Assembly: GCA_964550075.1 (NCBI GenBank)
Contig: CAZJYS010000002.1
Location: 1 to 34,762, forward strand
DNA from: an uncultured Methylomonas sp.
GTDB taxonomy: Bacteria > Pseudomonadota > Gammaproteobacteria > Methylococcales > Methylomonadaceae
Direction of reading: 5' to 3'
Length of the DNA stretch: 34,762 nt
Positions 18,309 through 29,643 of the stretch are shown piece after piece. Below the pieces are notes generated by a model. It did no database searches. It was not told the origin of the DNA and worked only from the letters and a program-made list of their open reading frames with translations. The position numbers and the translations under genes are program-made. Positions within the stretch are counted from its first letter, which is position 1; each line of letters starts with the position of its first letter.

Positions 18309-19621
18309 TACAGCGTAATCAAATTCAGGCCTAATTGAGTAGCCAATTGACTGAACTCAGGAAACGAAGTATTCACATTGGCGCAGTCTTTAATGGTAAT
18401 CGGACCGCTTGAACGTAAACCTGCAATCGAGAACGACATGGCGATACGATGATCACCATGTGAATCGACTTCCCCAGTACCTAATTTGCCACCATTAATG
18501 ACCATACCATCTTTGGTTGGCTGCGCATCGACGCCCAGAATTTGCAAGCCATCGGCCATGACCTGAATCCGGTCGGATTCCTTAACCCGCAACTCTTCAG
18601 CGCCGGTCAATACCGTTTGCCCTTCGGCACAGGATGCGGCAACAAAAAGCACTGGAAACTCGTCAATCGCCAGCGGAACCAAATGTTCCGGGATACTGAT
18701 GCCTTTTAATTGAGACGAACGCACGCGCAAATCCGCCACCGGTTCGCCGCCCACTTCGCGCTCGTTTAGCACTTCGATATTCGCACCCATCAATCGCAAA
18801 ATATCGATCACGCCAGTACGAGTCGGATTGATGCCGACATGCTTCAAGGTCACATCCGAATCTGGCGCAATACTGGCACCCACCAGGAAGAACGCTGCCG
18901 AAGAAATATCGCTGGGTACGTCAATTTCGGTTGCCGTCAATTTGCCTTGGTTGTTAATGCGTGCCGTACTACCTTCGCGCTGTACAGGGTAACCAAAGCC
19001 ATTCAACATACGCTCGGTATGATCGCGTGTCGGCGCCGGTTCCGTGACGCTGGTCTCGCCTTCGGCGTACATGCCGGCCAATAACAAACAGGATTTAACC
19101 TGAGCACTGGCAATCGGCATTTGGTAATGCAAACCTTTCAATTTGCCAGCCTTGCCTTTGATATGCAGTGGTGCAGTGCCATTAGCTTGAGTTTCAATTT
19201 CCGCCCCCATTTCTGCTAAAGGTGCAGTCACGCGTTTCATTGGACGTGACTCCAAAGACTTATCGCCAGTCAAAACACAATCAAAAGGCTGACCCGCCAA
19301 AAGACCGCTCAATAAGCGCATAGAGGTGCCGGAGTTACCCAAATACAGTGGTTTTTCCGGCGCTTTCAAACCGTGTTTGCCAACGCCATGAATAGTTACT
19401 TCACCATTGACCGGGCCTTCAATTTGCACACCCATGGCGCGAAAAGCCTCCAATGTCGACATGGCATCTTCGGCATTCAGAAAGCCTCTGACATGAGTAA
19501 CACCTTCTGCTATGGAACCCAGCATGATGGAACGATGAGACATGGATTTGTCACCGGGCACACGAATTTCGCCGCGCAAACTGCCACCGGGTTGAACTTG
19601 AAAAGTAATGGATTGGGACAT
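18308..19621 (-). CDS. aroA: 3-phosphoshikimate 1-carboxyvinyltransferase (EPSP synthase, class II-like)
   Basis: PGDKSMSHR, LGNSGTSMRL, SAQVKS, RDHTERML, ELRVKESDRI and DHRIAM motifs. Confidence 0.98.
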   Translation of the reverse strand: MSQSITFQVQPGGSLRGEIRVPGDKSMSHRSIMLGSIAEGVTHVRGFLNAEDAMSTLEAFRAMGVQIEGPVNGEVTIHGVGKHGLKAPEKPLYLGNSGTSMRLLSGLLAGQPFDCVLTGDKSLESRPMKRVTAPLAEMGAEIETQANGTAPLHIKGKAGKLKGLHYQMPIASAQVKSCLLLAGMYAEGETSVTEPAPTRDHTERMLNGFGYPVQREGSTARINNQGKLTATEIDVPSDISSAAFFLVGASIAPDSDVTLKHVGINPTRTGVIDILRLMGANIEVLNEREVGGEPVADLRVRSSQLKGISIPEHLVPLAIDEFPVLFVAASCAEGQTVLTGAEELRVKESDRIQVMADGLQILGVDAQPTKDGMVINGGKLGTGEVDSHGDHRIAMSFSIAGLRSSGPITIKDCANVNTSFPEFSQLATQLGLNLITL

Positions 19622-19633
19622 AGTGATCTTCTT

Positions 19634-20509
19634 TTAATCGTCTAAGGTATCGAGAAAGCGTTGCCGGGCATTTCTGGCATAAGTAAAAGTATCGAACAAT
19701 TGCTGCCCCTGATCGGCGGCCAATGCTTGTTCTATGGTATTGAGTTCGGCTTTGAACTGCTGAAGTAGCGGAATAATTTCCTGTTTGTTGGCCAGACAAA
19801 TATCCATCCACATGGTGGGATCGCTGGAGGCAATGCGGCTGAAATCCTTAAAACCGCCCGCAGCATATCTAAAAATTTCCCGCTGTTCATCTTTGCGTCC
19901 CAGCAAGCCCACCAGCGCAAACGCCAAAAGATGCGGTAAATGACTGGTGGCAGCCAATACGGTGTCATGATGTTCCACACTCATGACTGAAACACTGGAG
20001 CCTATTCGCTGCCAAAAGCGGCTCAACTTATCTACGGCTTGAGGATCTGTGTCATCCAGCGGGGTAATAATTAAGCGGCGATTTTTGAATAATTCGGCAT
20101 CCGAAGCATCCACGCCACTGCGTTCGGCCCCGGCAATCGGATGCGCAGGCACAAAATTATTGGGCACATATCCGAACACCGCATTTACCGCAGCCACCAC
20201 ACTGGCCTTGGTGCTGCCGGCATCACTGTACAAAGCCCGATCATTCCAATAAGGCTTGATCAGCTCGAAGATACTCTGCATGCTGCCAACCGGCGTGGCA
20301 ATCATCACAAAATCACTACCTTCAAGGGCTGCGGCAATATCGGTATAAAACTGATCTATCACTCCCAGTTGCTTGGCTAATTGCAAATTGGGTAGATTCT
20401 TTTCCCGACCAAACGCCACAACTTCCTGGCATAAGCCTTGAGCTCGCGCCGCACGAGCAATAGAACCGCCAATCAAGCCGGTGCCGATGACGCATAGGCG
20501 TTTAAACAC
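19634..20509 (-). CDS. tyrA: Prephenate/arogenate (cyclohexadienyl) dehydrogenase
   Basis: Rossmann GTGLIGGS, DAGSTK, HPIAGAE, HD...A.TSHLPH and F.D.SRIA.SDP.MW motifs. Confidence 0.95.
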   Translation of the reverse strand: MFKRLCVIGTGLIGGSIARAARAQGLCQEVVAFGREKNLPNLQLAKQLGVIDQFYTDIAAALEGSDFVMIATPVGSMQSIFELIKPYWNDRALYSDAGSTKASVVAAVNAVFGYVPNNFVPAHPIAGAERSGVDASDAELFKNRRLIITPLDDTDPQAVDKLSRFWQRIGSSVSVMSVEHHDTVLAATSHLPHLLAFALVGLLGRKDEQREIFRYAAGGFKDFSRIASSDPTMWMDICLANKQEIIPLLQQFKAELNTIEQALAADQGQQLFDTFTYARNARQRFLDTLDD

Positions 20510-21605
20510 CTTTCAAAACCTCGTTCAAGGCATGAATGAAAATCTGGTTTTCCCGTTCAGTGCCAATACTGATGCGTAAATGACGTGGCATCTCATAATT
20601 AGCCACTGGTCTGACTATCACACCCTTGCGCAACAAGGCTTCGTAAACAGGCAAAGCAGTCTGCTTGACATCCACCGACACAAAGTTACCGGCAGACGGA
20701 ATCCATTCCAAATCCAATGCCGCAAATGCATCAGTGAGTTGCTTCATCCCCGCAGTATTCACTGCTAAGGTTTCAGCCAAATAATCAGTATCGGTCAACG
20801 CCGCTTCAGCCGCAGCCAATGCCAGCATATTGCTATTAAAAGGCTGTCTGACACGATTCAATAAATCGGCAACATCTGGCGAGGAAATCCCAAAACCAAT
20901 ACGCAGCCCTGCCAAACCATAGGCTTTTGAAAAAGTACGGGTTACGATCAGATTGGGGTAACGATTCGGCCAATCCAGCGATTCGGTTCTGAGTTCAGGC
21001 TCCACAAATTCGTAATAAGCCTCATCCAAAACGCATAATACCTGCGACGGTAAGGCGGCTATAAAGTCTTCAAGATCAGTCTGCGCTAATAAAGTGCCGG
21101 TTGGATTGTTGGGATTGGCAATAAAAACCAGCCGTGTTTTATCTGTAACACTGGCCAGCATAGCCGATAAATCATGTCCGTAATTTTTGGCTGGCACAAC
21201 AGTGGCTTTCGCTCCCACAGCCTGAGTTAATATTGGATACAAGGCAAACGCATGCTGCGAAAAAACCACTTCATGTTCAGGCGCGACAAAGGTACGCATA
21301 ACCAATTCCAAAATCTCGCTGGAACCGTTGCCCAAAGTAATTTGTTCAGGCGTTACAGCCAATTTTGCGGATAATGCCGATTTTAACGAAAAACCACTCC
21401 CATCAGGGTAGCGCGTTAATTCGGGTAGGGTTGCCTGAATGGCTGCCGAAACTTTTAACCCTGTACCTAGCGGGTTTTCGTTGGAAGCCAGCTTGACAAC
21501 CTCTGTCAAACCTAATTCGCGCTGCAATTCATCTACGGGTTTGCCGGGCACATAGGGCACCAGTTGCTGCACACCAGCCAATGCAAGTTCTAAAAATTTA
21601 TTCAT
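20502..21605 (-). CDS. hisC: Histidinol-phosphate / aromatic aminotransferase
   Basis: PYVPGKP, KLASNENP, NPNNPTG, DEAY and RTFSKAYGLAGLRIG motifs. ATG at 21605 lies 10 nt after the pheA stop. Confidence 0.96.
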   Translation of the reverse strand: MNKFLELALAGVQQLVPYVPGKPVDELQRELGLTEVVKLASNENPLGTGLKVSAAIQATLPELTRYPDGSGFSLKSALSAKLAVTPEQITLGNGSSEILELVMRTFVAPEHEVVFSQHAFALYPILTQAVGAKATVVPAKNYGHDLSAMLASVTDKTRLVFIANPNNPTGTLLAQTDLEDFIAALPSQVLCVLDEAYYEFVEPELRTESLDWPNRYPNLIVTRTFSKAYGLAGLRIGFGISSPDVADLLNRVRQPFNSNMLALAAAEAALTDTDYLAETLAVNTAGMKQLTDAFAALDLEWIPSAGNFVSVDVKQTALPVYEALLRKGVIVRPVANYEMPRHLRISIGTERENQIFIHALNEVLKGV

Positions 21606-21615
21606 GAAATGAGAG

Positions 21616-22701
21616 TTATATAACGGCTTTGGGATAGGAACCAAGGATCTTCAACATCTTGACATTGTTTTGCAGGGCTAGTAATGCTTTGGAGACATCC
21701 AAATCATCGCGATGACCTTCGATGTCGATAAAGAAAACGTATTCCCACAAACCTTGTCTGGATGGACGGGATTCGATATGCGCCATGCTGATACCATATT
21801 CGGCAAAAGGTGCCAAAATTTTATGCAACGCACCGGATTGATTGCCGGTAGATACCAAAATCGAGGTTTTATCCAGACCTGTAGATTGAGGTTGCTGAGT
21901 GCCTATAACAATAAAACGGGTGGTGTTATTGGCCTCATCTTCAATGTGTTTTTCGATGATATTCAAATCATACAGTTCAGCAGCTACCAAGCCAGCGATC
22001 GCTGCTTTATTTTGACTTAATGACGCCAGGCGCCCGGCTTCGGCATTGCTACTGACTGCAGTGCAAGGGACGCCAGGTAAATAAGTATTCAGCCATTGTC
22101 GGCACTGCGCCAATGATTGCTGATGGGAATAGACTTCCGTAATTCCGGACAAACTGTCCATTTTGCCCAGCAAGTTTTGATGTACACGAATTTCCACTTC
22201 ACCACAAACCTGCAAAGGGCTGTCCATGAAGCGATCCAGGGTATGTGCAATCACACCTTCAGTCGAATTCTCCACAGGCACGACACCAAACTGACAATGA
22301 CCCGTTTCCACGGCCTTAAAAATTTCATGAATTGTCGGTACCGGAATATCTTTTACCGCATGCCCAAAATGCTTAAAGGTAGCCTGTTGAGTAAACGTAC
22401 CCTGTGGGCCCAGATAAGCCACTTCCAGAGGCTTTTCCAATGCCAGACAGGCAGACATGATTTCGCGAAACAAATGAGCGGTGGTGTTGTCATTCAAAGG
22501 GCCAGAATTCAGCGACTGTATTCGCCTTAATACTTGCGCTTCACGATCAGGACGATAAAAACTACCGGTTTCACCTTCTGCTTGCTTGGTTCTAGCCACT
22601 TCAATCGCGCAATTTGCCCGTTGATTGATCAATTGCAAAATTTGTTGATCAATCGCGTCGATTTGGGCGCGTAATTCAGACAGAGGAATAATAGCGGTCA
22701 T
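21616..22701 (-). CDS. pheA: Chorismate mutase / prephenate dehydratase (P-protein)
   Basis: LR.QID.ID chorismate mutase domain, LGPQGTF, PVENSTEG, NTTRF and ESRPS (ACT domain) motifs. Confidence 0.97.
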   Translation of the reverse strand: MTAIIPLSELRAQIDAIDQQILQLINQRANCAIEVARTKQAEGETGSFYRPDREAQVLRRIQSLNSGPLNDNTTAHLFREIMSACLALEKPLEVAYLGPQGTFTQQATFKHFGHAVKDIPVPTIHEIFKAVETGHCQFGVVPVENSTEGVIAHTLDRFMDSPLQVCGEVEIRVHQNLLGKMDSLSGITEVYSHQQSLAQCRQWLNTYLPGVPCTAVSSNAEAGRLASLSQNKAAIAGLVAAELYDLNIIEKHIEDEANNTTRFIVIGTQQPQSTGLDKTSILVSTGNQSGALHKILAPFAEYGISMAHIESRPSRQGLWEYVFFIDIEGHRDDLDVSKALLALQNNVKMLKILGSYPKAVI

Positions 22702-22706
22702 GATGC

Positions 22707-23786
22707 TTAGTGGGTACGCTCAAACTCAGCCATGAACTCAATCAACGCATCAACACCCGCTTCCGACATGGCGTTATAGATGCTGGCGCGCATTCCGCCA
22801 ACCGACCGATGCCCAGCCAGAGAGCTCAAACCATTTTTCTCAGCCGATGCCAAAAATTCTTTATCCAATCCGGCATCCGCCAGTATGAATGGAATGTTCA
22901 TACGTGAACGACAGTCTTTGTCTACCGGATTACGATATAAACTGGACTGATCAATGGCTTGGTAGAGCTTATCGGCTTTTTTGATGTTGTGCTTCTCAAT
23001 AGCCGCTACACCACCTTCTGCTTTCAACCATTGCAACACCAAGCCCAACAAATACCAGTTATAGGTAGCGGGGGTATTCAACATGGAATCGCTTTTGGCT
23101 TGCTGTTCGTAATTAAATACCGAAGGCACGGATTTTGGCGCCAAACCGACTAGGTCTTCACGCACAATCACCACAGTGACCCCGGATGGCCCCATGTTCT
23201 TTTGGGTACCTGCATAAATTATCCCATAGCGACTGACATCAACAGGACGCGACAGAATATTAGAAGACATATCACAAACTAGCGGCAAACTGCCTACTTC
23301 CGGCACATGATTAAACTCAACCCCATGTATGGTTTCGTTTGAGGTGTAATGTAAATAAGCAGCATCAGCATCAACTTGCCATTCTTCAGCAGCTGGAATG
23401 CTGGTAAACGCCGTATTTTCGGAACTAGCAGCGAGTTTAACTTCGCAATATTTTCCTGCTTCTTTAATGGCGCTGGTCGACCAGGCGCCAGTGTTGACGT
23501 AACAAGCCGAAGCTTTGCCGTTCAGGATATTTTGCGGAATCATCGCAAATTGCGCGGTAGCGCCGCCTTGCAAAAACAACACTTTATAGTTGGCAGGAAT
23601 CGCCATCAGCTCGATTAAATCGTTCTTCATGGTTTCGGCAATCGCCATGAAATGCTTGCCACGGTGACTCATTTCCATCACCGACATACCACTACCCTGC
23701 CAATCCAACATTTCCTGTTGCGCTTTGATCAGTACACTCTCAGGCAACATCGAAGGCCCAGCGCTAAAGTTAAAAATCCTTGCCAT
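22707..23786 (-). CDS. serC: Phosphoserine aminotransferase
   Basis: FNFSAGP, EMSHR, NETIHGVE, AGTQKN and GHRSVGGMRASIYNAM motifs. Confidence 0.98.
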   Translation of the reverse strand: MARIFNFSAGPSMLPESVLIKAQQEMLDWQGSGMSVMEMSHRGKHFMAIAETMKNDLIELMAIPANYKVLFLQGGATAQFAMIPQNILNGKASACYVNTGAWSTSAIKEAGKYCEVKLAASSENTAFTSIPAAEEWQVDADAAYLHYTSNETIHGVEFNHVPEVGSLPLVCDMSSNILSRPVDVSRYGIIYAGTQKNMGPSGVTVVIVREDLVGLAPKSVPSVFNYEQQAKSDSMLNTPATYNWYLLGLVLQWLKAEGGVAAIEKHNIKKADKLYQAIDQSSLYRNPVDKDCRSRMNIPFILADAGLDKEFLASAEKNGLSSLAGHRSVGGMRASIYNAMSEAGVDALIEFMAEFERTH

Positions 23787-26401
23787 TATTCTTCTTCTCC
23801 GCCGAGATCGGCATTATCAATTACTGTGTTTTCGTCATCGCCATTTTGGCCATCGACATCTTCGTCTTCTTCGTCGCCCAAACCGTCTATTCGGTCTACA
23901 CCAACCACCTTTTCGCCTTTATCCAGCCTGATGACAGTGACACCCTGGGTGTTTCTGCCCACCACCGAAATTTCGTTGACCCTGGTTCTGACCAGAGTAC
24001 CGGCATTGGTAATCAACATGATTTCGTCATTGTCATTCACCAAAACCGCACCTACTACAGAGCCATTGCGCTCGGAAGTCTGGATGGCAATCAAGCCTAG
24101 TCCGCCGCGTTTATGCGGGGTAAATTCTTCTAACCGAGTGCGCTTGCCATAGCCGTTTTCGGTAATATTCAAAACCGTGCCTTCTGCGGCGATGATCAGG
24201 GAAATAATTTTCTGACCTTCCTGCAAGCGCATGCCGCGCACACCAGTCGCCGTTCTGCCCATTGAACGCACATCGGTTTCATTAAAACAAACCGCTTTAC
24301 CATCGCTATTGAATAACAACACATTTTGTTGACCGTCGGTCAAGGCAACCCCAACCAGCGTATCGTTTTCGCGCAAATCGATGGCAATTTTGCCTCTGGC
24401 CAGCTGGTAAGAAAATTCGGTCAGCGGCGTCTTTTTCACAGTACCGGAACTGGTCGCCATGAAGACATATTTATCTTCACTGTATTCACGCACCGACAAC
24501 ATGGCGTTGATTTTTTCATCCGCTTCCAGCGGCAACAAATTCACAAAAGGTTTGCCGCGAGAAGCCCGGCTAGCCACAGGTAATTCGTAGACCTTCAGCC
24601 AATAAACCTTACCACGCGACGAGAAGCAAAGAATGGTGTCGTGGGTGTTGGCGATAATCAGCTTATCGACGAAATCATTTTCTTTGGTTGCAGTTGCAGA
24701 TTTGCCCCTGCCACCCCGGCGTTGAGCTTTGTAATCGGTTAAAGGTTGAGTTTTGACATAACCTTCATGCGACATGGTGACCACCATATCTTCCTCGGTG
24801 ATCAAGTCTTCTGCAGACAGATTGGAATAATCCTGAATGATTTCTGTGCGTCTGGCGTCAGCATATTGGGCCTTGATTTCTTCCAGTTCTTCTTTGATCA
24901 CTTCCATCAAACGTATATCGCTGCCCAGGATATGTAGATATTCGTCGATGACTTCCAACAGTTGCTTATATTCGTTGACGATTTTCTCTTGTTCCAGACC
25001 GGTCAGTCTGTGCAAGCGAAGATCCAGAATGGCTTGGGCCTGTTCTTCCGACAGACGGTAGAAACCGCCAACCAAGCCAAACTCCAGTGTTAAATGTTCC
25101 GGACGTGAACGATCGGCGTCCGCTCTATCCAATAACGCAGCTACCAACCCGGGATTCCAGGTTTTAGCCAGCAAACCGACTCTGGCTTCCTGTGGATTAG
25201 GCGAAGTTTTGATCAATTCGATCATTTCATCGATATTGGCCAATGCAACCGCAAGGCCTTCCAATATATGCGCCCTCTCCCGTGCTTTACGCAAGTTGTA
25301 GATGGTTCTGCGGGTGACGATTTCCCGTCTATGATCAATAAACGCCGCCAGAATTTCTTTTAAATTCATGCAATGCGGGCGACCATCCAGCAACGCGACC
25401 ATATTGATACCAAACACGGTCTGCATTTGGGTTTGTTTGTATAGATTGTTCAACACCACATCGGCGACTTCGCCACGACGCAGTTCGATGACCATACGCA
25501 TACCGTCTTTATCAGACTCATCACGCAAGCCGGAAATACCTTCCAGTTTGCCTTCCTTGACCAGCTCGGCAATTTTTTCCAGCAAGCGGGCTTTATTAAC
25601 TTGATAGGGTAGTTCGGTGGTAATAATGGCTTGACGTTCACTATCGCCAATATTCTCAAAATGTGAACGCGCACGGAGATAAATACGTCCGCGACCCGTC
25701 GTGTAGGCTTCCAGAATACCGGAAGCACCATTGATGATGGCAGCGGTAGGAAAATCCGGGCCCGGCACGATTTGCATCAATTCCGGGATAGTCAGGTCGG
25801 CATTTTCGATCAACGCCAGACAGGCGGTGACGATTTCAGTCAGATTGTGCGGCGGAATATTCGTCGCCATCCCCACCGCAATACCGGAAGAACCGTTGAT
25901 CAACAAAGTGGGAATACGGGTCGGCATCACAGTTGGTTCGGATTCCGATTCGTCGTAGTTGGCGACGAAATTGACGGTTTCCTTATCCAGATCTGCCAAC
26001 AGTTCGTGAGCAATTTTAGACATACGCACTTCGGTATATCGCATTGCCGCAGGCGAATCACCGTCCACCGAGCCGAAGTTGCCTTGGCCGTCAATTAACA
26101 TGTAACGCAAGGAGAACGGCTGCGCCATGCGAACCATGGTGTCGTAGACCGCCGTGTCACCATGTGGATGATATTTACCGATCACATCACCGACGATACG
26201 TGCCGATTTTTTATAGGGTTTGTTCCAGTCGTTGCCAAGCTCGTTCATGGCGTACAACACCCGACGATGAACAGGTTTCAGACCATCTCTGACATCCGGT
26301 AGCGCTCTACCCACTATCACGCTCATCGCGTAATCTAGGTAGGATTGTTTCATTTCGTCTTCGAGATTGACGGGGATAATTTCTTTAGCGAAGTCTGCCA
26401 T
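23786..26401 (-). CDS. gyrA: DNA gyrase subunit A
   Basis: [18 protein letters not shown], catalytic AAMRYTE, GyrA-box QRRGGRG and an acidic C-terminal tail. Confidence 0.99.
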   Translation of the reverse strand: MADFAKEIIPVNLEDEMKQSYLDYAMSVIVGRALPDVRDGLKPVHRRVLYAMNELGNDWNKPYKKSARIVGDVIGKYHPHGDTAVYDTMVRMAQPFSLRYMLIDGQGNFGSVDGDSPAAMRYTEVRMSKIAHELLADLDKETVNFVANYDESESEPTVMPTRIPTLLINGSSGIAVGMATNIPPHNLTEIVTACLALIENADLTIPELMQIVPGPDFPTAAIINGASGILEAYTTGRGRIYLRARSHFENIGDSERQAIITTELPYQVNKARLLEKIAELVKEGKLEGISGLRDESDKDGMRMVIELRRGEVADVVLNNLYKQTQMQTVFGINMVALLDGRPHCMNLKEILAAFIDHRREIVTRRTIYNLRKARERAHILEGLAVALANIDEMIELIKTSPNPQEARVGLLAKTWNPGLVAALLDRADADRSRPEHLTLEFGLVGGFYRLSEEQAQAILDLRLHRLTGLEQEKIVNEYKQLLEVIDEYLHILGSDIRLMEVIKEELEEIKAQYADARRTEIIQDYSNLSAEDLITEEDMVVTMSHEGYVKTQPLTDYKAQRRGGRGKSATATKENDFVDKLIIANTHDTILCFSSRGKVYWLKVYELPVASRASRGKPFVNLLPLEADEKINAMLSVREYSEDKYVFMATSSGTVKKTPLTEFSYQLARGKIAIDLRENDTLVGVALTDGQQNVLLFNSDGKAVCFNETDVRSMGRTATGVRGMRLQEGQKIISLIIAAEGTVLNITENGYGKRTRLEEFTPHKRGGLGLIAIQTSERNGSVVGAVLVNDNDEIMLITNAGTLVRTRVNEISVVGRNTQGVTVIRLDKGEKVVGVDRIDGLGDEEDEDVDGQNGDDENTVIDNADLGGEEE

Positions 26402-26497
26402 GGGTCCGTGATTCCTGTTCTGCCTAACCTTTGCGGCTCAGCGAGTTAGCCTGTAGCTCAAATCCTTTTTGAACTAAGAAGCCTCATAAAGAGAGGG

Positions 26498-26527
26498 ATT
26501 ATAACAAAGGCCTACCCACCAAGTCAG
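26498..26527 (-). promoter_or_regulatory. Extended -10 sigma70 promoter for gyrA and the downstream superoperon
   Basis: Minus strand TGTTATAAT (TGn plus a perfect TATAAT) at 26506-26498, with CTGACT 18 nt upstream of the hexamer. About 100 nt before the gyrA ATG. Confidence 0.7.
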
Positions 26528-27243
26528 GCAAAAATCTCTTCAAAGAAATTCTGCATGGCGATCCAGGAGCGTTTATCCGCCTGACTGTCATATACGGTTC
26601 CAAAACCAGGATCATTTGCGAGCGGATTTGTAAATGCATGCACAGTCCCACCATAAATATGCATCTGCCAGTCCGCTCCGGCTTGAGTCAGTTCTGTTTG
26701 TAAAGCCAACACCTGCTCAGGCGGCCCCATCGGATCGTCATGCCCGTGCAATACTAAAACCTTGGCTTTGATTTGCGGATTTGGGATATTTCCGGGAGGA
26801 ATAAACAAACCATGAAACGAAACCACGCCGCGCAGTGATGCTCCTGTGCGGGCCAAATCCAAAGCACATAAACCGCCAAAACAAAACCCCATCACGGCGA
26901 TTTTGTCATTATCCGCCCATGGCAATAATTTCGCATTCGCTAATGCCGCCAGTGCACGCTTTTGCAACTTAGCCCTGTCTTGCATAAAAGGCTGCATCAA
27001 TTGTGCATTTTCTTCCGGTGAAGCACCTCTGACACCTTTGCCATACATGTCTGCGGCAAAAGCCAGATAACCCAGTTCAGCCAGTTTTTTGGCTTTTTCG
27101 GCGACAAATTCATCACGCCCGCCCCAGGCATGATGTATCAAAACCAATGGCCTAACGCCTACTATGGCATCGTCATAGGCAAAAAAACCTTCCAACATAA
27201 CATCGTCATCAAGATAACCGACTGTATTTGCTTGTATGCTCAT
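26524..27243 (-). CDS. Dienelactone hydrolase family protein
   Basis: GFCFGG nucleophile motif, VSFHG, LHGHDDP and HAFTNP motifs. Confidence 0.93.
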   Translation of the reverse strand: MSIQANTVGYLDDDVMLEGFFAYDDAIVGVRPLVLIHHAWGGRDEFVAEKAKKLAELGYLAFAADMYGKGVRGASPEENAQLMQPFMQDRAKLQKRALAALANAKLLPWADNDKIAVMGFCFGGLCALDLARTGASLRGVVSFHGLFIPPGNIPNPQIKAKVLVLHGHDDPMGPPEQVLALQTELTQAGADWQMHIYGGTVHAFTNPLANDPGFGTVYDSQADKRSWIAMQNFFEEIFA

Positions 27244-27260
27244 TTTCAGTACCTGTGAAA

Positions 27261-27746
27261 TTAATCTAAAGCGCCTTGACGTCGCAAGTCTTCAATAAAG
27301 CCCTCCGAAGCAGCTTCCACCATATCTAATACCCGTTCGAAACCATAGGCCCCACCATAATAGGGATCTGGCACTTCCCGCTGTTGGAGCTGTGGTGCAT
27401 ACTCTAGAAAGTGGCGAATTTTGGACTGATGCTCAACGGGGCAGGTTTCAATCAAGATCGCGTAGTTTTCATCATCCATGACAAGAATGTGATCAAATTG
27501 CTCAAAATCTGCATCTCGGACTTTACGGGCTTTGAGGTGCTTCAACTCAACCCCTCGATCTCGGGCAGCTTTTTGCGCTCTTAAATCCGGGGCATCTCCT
27601 ACATGGTAAGCATGAGTACCGGCAGAGTCGACTTCAAAACGGTCAGAAAGCCGCTGATTTTCAATCGCCGCAATAAAAACGCCTTCAGCAGTTGGTGAGC
27701 GGCATATATTCCCCATACAAACAAAAAGAACCTTGATTTTCGGCAT
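27261..27746 (-). CDS. Low molecular weight protein-tyrosine phosphatase
   Basis: VLFVCMGNICRSPTAE P-loop, DSAGT and VPDPYYG motifs. Confidence 0.96.
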   Translation of the reverse strand: MPKIKVLFVCMGNICRSPTAEGVFIAAIENQRLSDRFEVDSAGTHAYHVGDAPDLRAQKAARDRGVELKHLKARKVRDADFEQFDHILVMDDENYAILIETCPVEHQSKIRHFLEYAPQLQQREVPDPYYGGAYGFERVLDMVEAASEGFIEDLRRQGALD

Positions 27747-27878
27747 CAGAATTGAGTTTTTTTAAATAAGACCGAACAAATTGTAAGCTATACTTTTGCC
27801 ACTTGTCTTTAGCTGAGCGCTTTAGGGAACAAATTTACAATTAATTGATACGGTAATAATTTAGGTAAGGAGTTGCGA

Positions 27879-29630
27879 ATGTTGATGAACTGGCATTCTG
27901 TAGGTGTAAAAGTGGTAGCAATCAGCATGACCGTTCTAACTCTGGTTGGGATAGGTATTTTGATTACTTTCTCAAACGTGCAAAAACAAAATCTCATCGA
28001 TCGCAAAATTGAATCATCCCGCCAACTCCTTTTGGTTTCTGAGTCTGTCAAAGACAACGTAATTAAAAAATGGGAAAACGGCGTATTCTCGCCGCAATTA
28101 TTGATTCAGCTAACCCAAAACCAGGATCAAACCACTAAACGTAACATCATTACAGCTACAGTTCCCACCGCCAATGCCTGGGATGTGATTGAAGCTAAAG
28201 CTAAAGAAGGGGGATTCAGGTTTAAAGCGCCTGCACTCAATCCTCGTAACGTCAGCCGCAACACTCCTGATGATATTGAACGTCAAGTTCTGGAAAAATT
28301 TCAAAGCAATACAGCTCTTACCGAATATAGCTATATCGACGATGAAAAACAGGAGATTCGCTATTTCAGACCTGTGAAAATTGTCAAACAATGCGAGTTG
28401 TGTCATGGCGACCCTAAAACCTCTCAAGATCTATGGCAGAACGATCAAGGTGTGGATTTGTTGGGCTATCCAATGGAAAATCGTCGGGCAGGTGACTTAC
28501 ACGGTGCTTTTGAAATTATCACGCCTTTTGGCGTGGCCTTTGAAGGATTCAAAACCGAAATGCTTTATGCCGTAGGCTTTTTAGCTTTGGTTTTATTATT
28601 GATAGGCGGCACAGGCTATTTCGTGATGAATTCCCTGATCATCGCACCCTTAACGGATTTAGCTTTGAGCCTGCAACAAATATGCAGCGGCTCAGGCGAT
28701 TTGCGCGCCCGACTCAATGCCAAAGGTAAATCCGAATTTGCCTGGGTTGCGTCCAGTTTTAATTCCTTCGTCAAAAAAATCGCCAAAACTGTTGACGAGA
28801 TCAGCGTAACCAGCGAAAAACTAGCCAACGCATCTCACAAGCTGGCCAACATTACCCAGACTACCCAAAGAGGCGTCGAGCGACAATTACAGGAAACCAC
28901 TTTGGTTGCCAACGCTATGAAGCAAATGACTTCAACGGTCCAGGAAGTAGCCAGAAACGCCATTCGGGCTTCGGAAGCGGCTGAAAATGCTGATCAGGAA
29001 GCTACTAGCGGTAAAAACATTGTCAAAGAAGCTGTTAACGGTATCAACAGCCTGGCATCCGAGGTGGAAAATGCAGCCAGCGTTATCCATGAACTGGAAA
29101 ATGACAGTAACAGCATCGGTGAAGTTTTGGGCGTGATCCAGGGCATTGCTGAACAAACCAACTTGCTGGCTCTAAACGCCGCTATTGAAGCGGCACGGGC
29201 TGGCGAACAAGGCCGTGGTTTTGCCGTAGTCGCAGATGAAGTGAGAACTCTGGCCAGTCGTACGCAAAATTCAACGCTGGAAATTCAACAAACCATAGAA
29301 CGTCTGCAAGGCCGCGCCAAACAGGCCGTTTCCGTCATGGACAATGGTCGTAAACGTGCCGCATCCAGCGTCAATCAAGCCGCTTCTGCGGGCGAATCCA
29401 TCACGTCCATCAGCGAAAGAATCGACACCATCAACGACATGAATAACCAAATCGCCAGTGCGGCAGAAGAGCAAACCGCTGTCGCCGAGGAAATCAACCG
29501 GAACGTCAGCAACATCAGTCATGTTTCGGAAGAAACCTCGATAGGAGCCAAAAACACCGCCGAAGCCTGTAACGAGTTGATGGAATTGGCTAATCAACTG
29601 CGTTCAACCGTTGGTAATTTCAGAACCTGA
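27879..29630 (+). CDS. Methyl-accepting chemotaxis protein with periplasmic c-type heme (DUF3365/Tll0287-like) sensor domain
   Basis: TAAGGAG SD 6 nt before the ATG at 27879. Two TM helices flank NPRN...PD, RYFRP and CELCH. HAMP domain and [34 protein letters not shown] signalling tip follow. Confidence 0.95.
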   Translation: MLMNWHSVGVKVVAISMTVLTLVGIGILITFSNVQKQNLIDRKIESSRQLLLVSESVKDNVIKKWENGVFSPQLLIQLTQNQDQTTKRNIITATVPTANAWDVIEAKAKEGGFRFKAPALNPRNVSRNTPDDIERQVLEKFQSNTALTEYSYIDDEKQEIRYFRPVKIVKQCELCHGDPKTSQDLWQNDQGVDLLGYPMENRRAGDLHGAFEIITPFGVAFEGFKTEMLYAVGFLALVLLLIGGTGYFVMNSLIIAPLTDLALSLQQICSGSGDLRARLNAKGKSEFAWVASSFNSFVKKIAKTVDEISVTSEKLANASHKLANITQTTQRGVERQLQETTLVANAMKQMTSTVQEVARNAIRASEAAENADQEATSGKNIVKEAVNGINSLASEVENAASVIHELENDSNSIGEVLGVIQGIAEQTNLLALNAAIEAARAGEQGRGFAVVADEVRTLASRTQNSTLEIQQTIERLQGRAKQAVSVMDNGRKRAASSVNQAASAGESITSISERIDTINDMNNQIASAAEEQTAVAEEINRNVSNISHVSEETSIGAKNTAEACNELMELANQLRSTVGNFRT

Positions 29631-29643
29631 GAGTCAACCTTCT

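Noticed and set aside
26141-26164. GyrA QRDR has Thr at the position of E. coli Ser83
   Set aside because: Thr83 with Asp87 is the wild-type state in many gammaproteobacteria such as Pseudomonas. It is not evidence of quinolone resistance.
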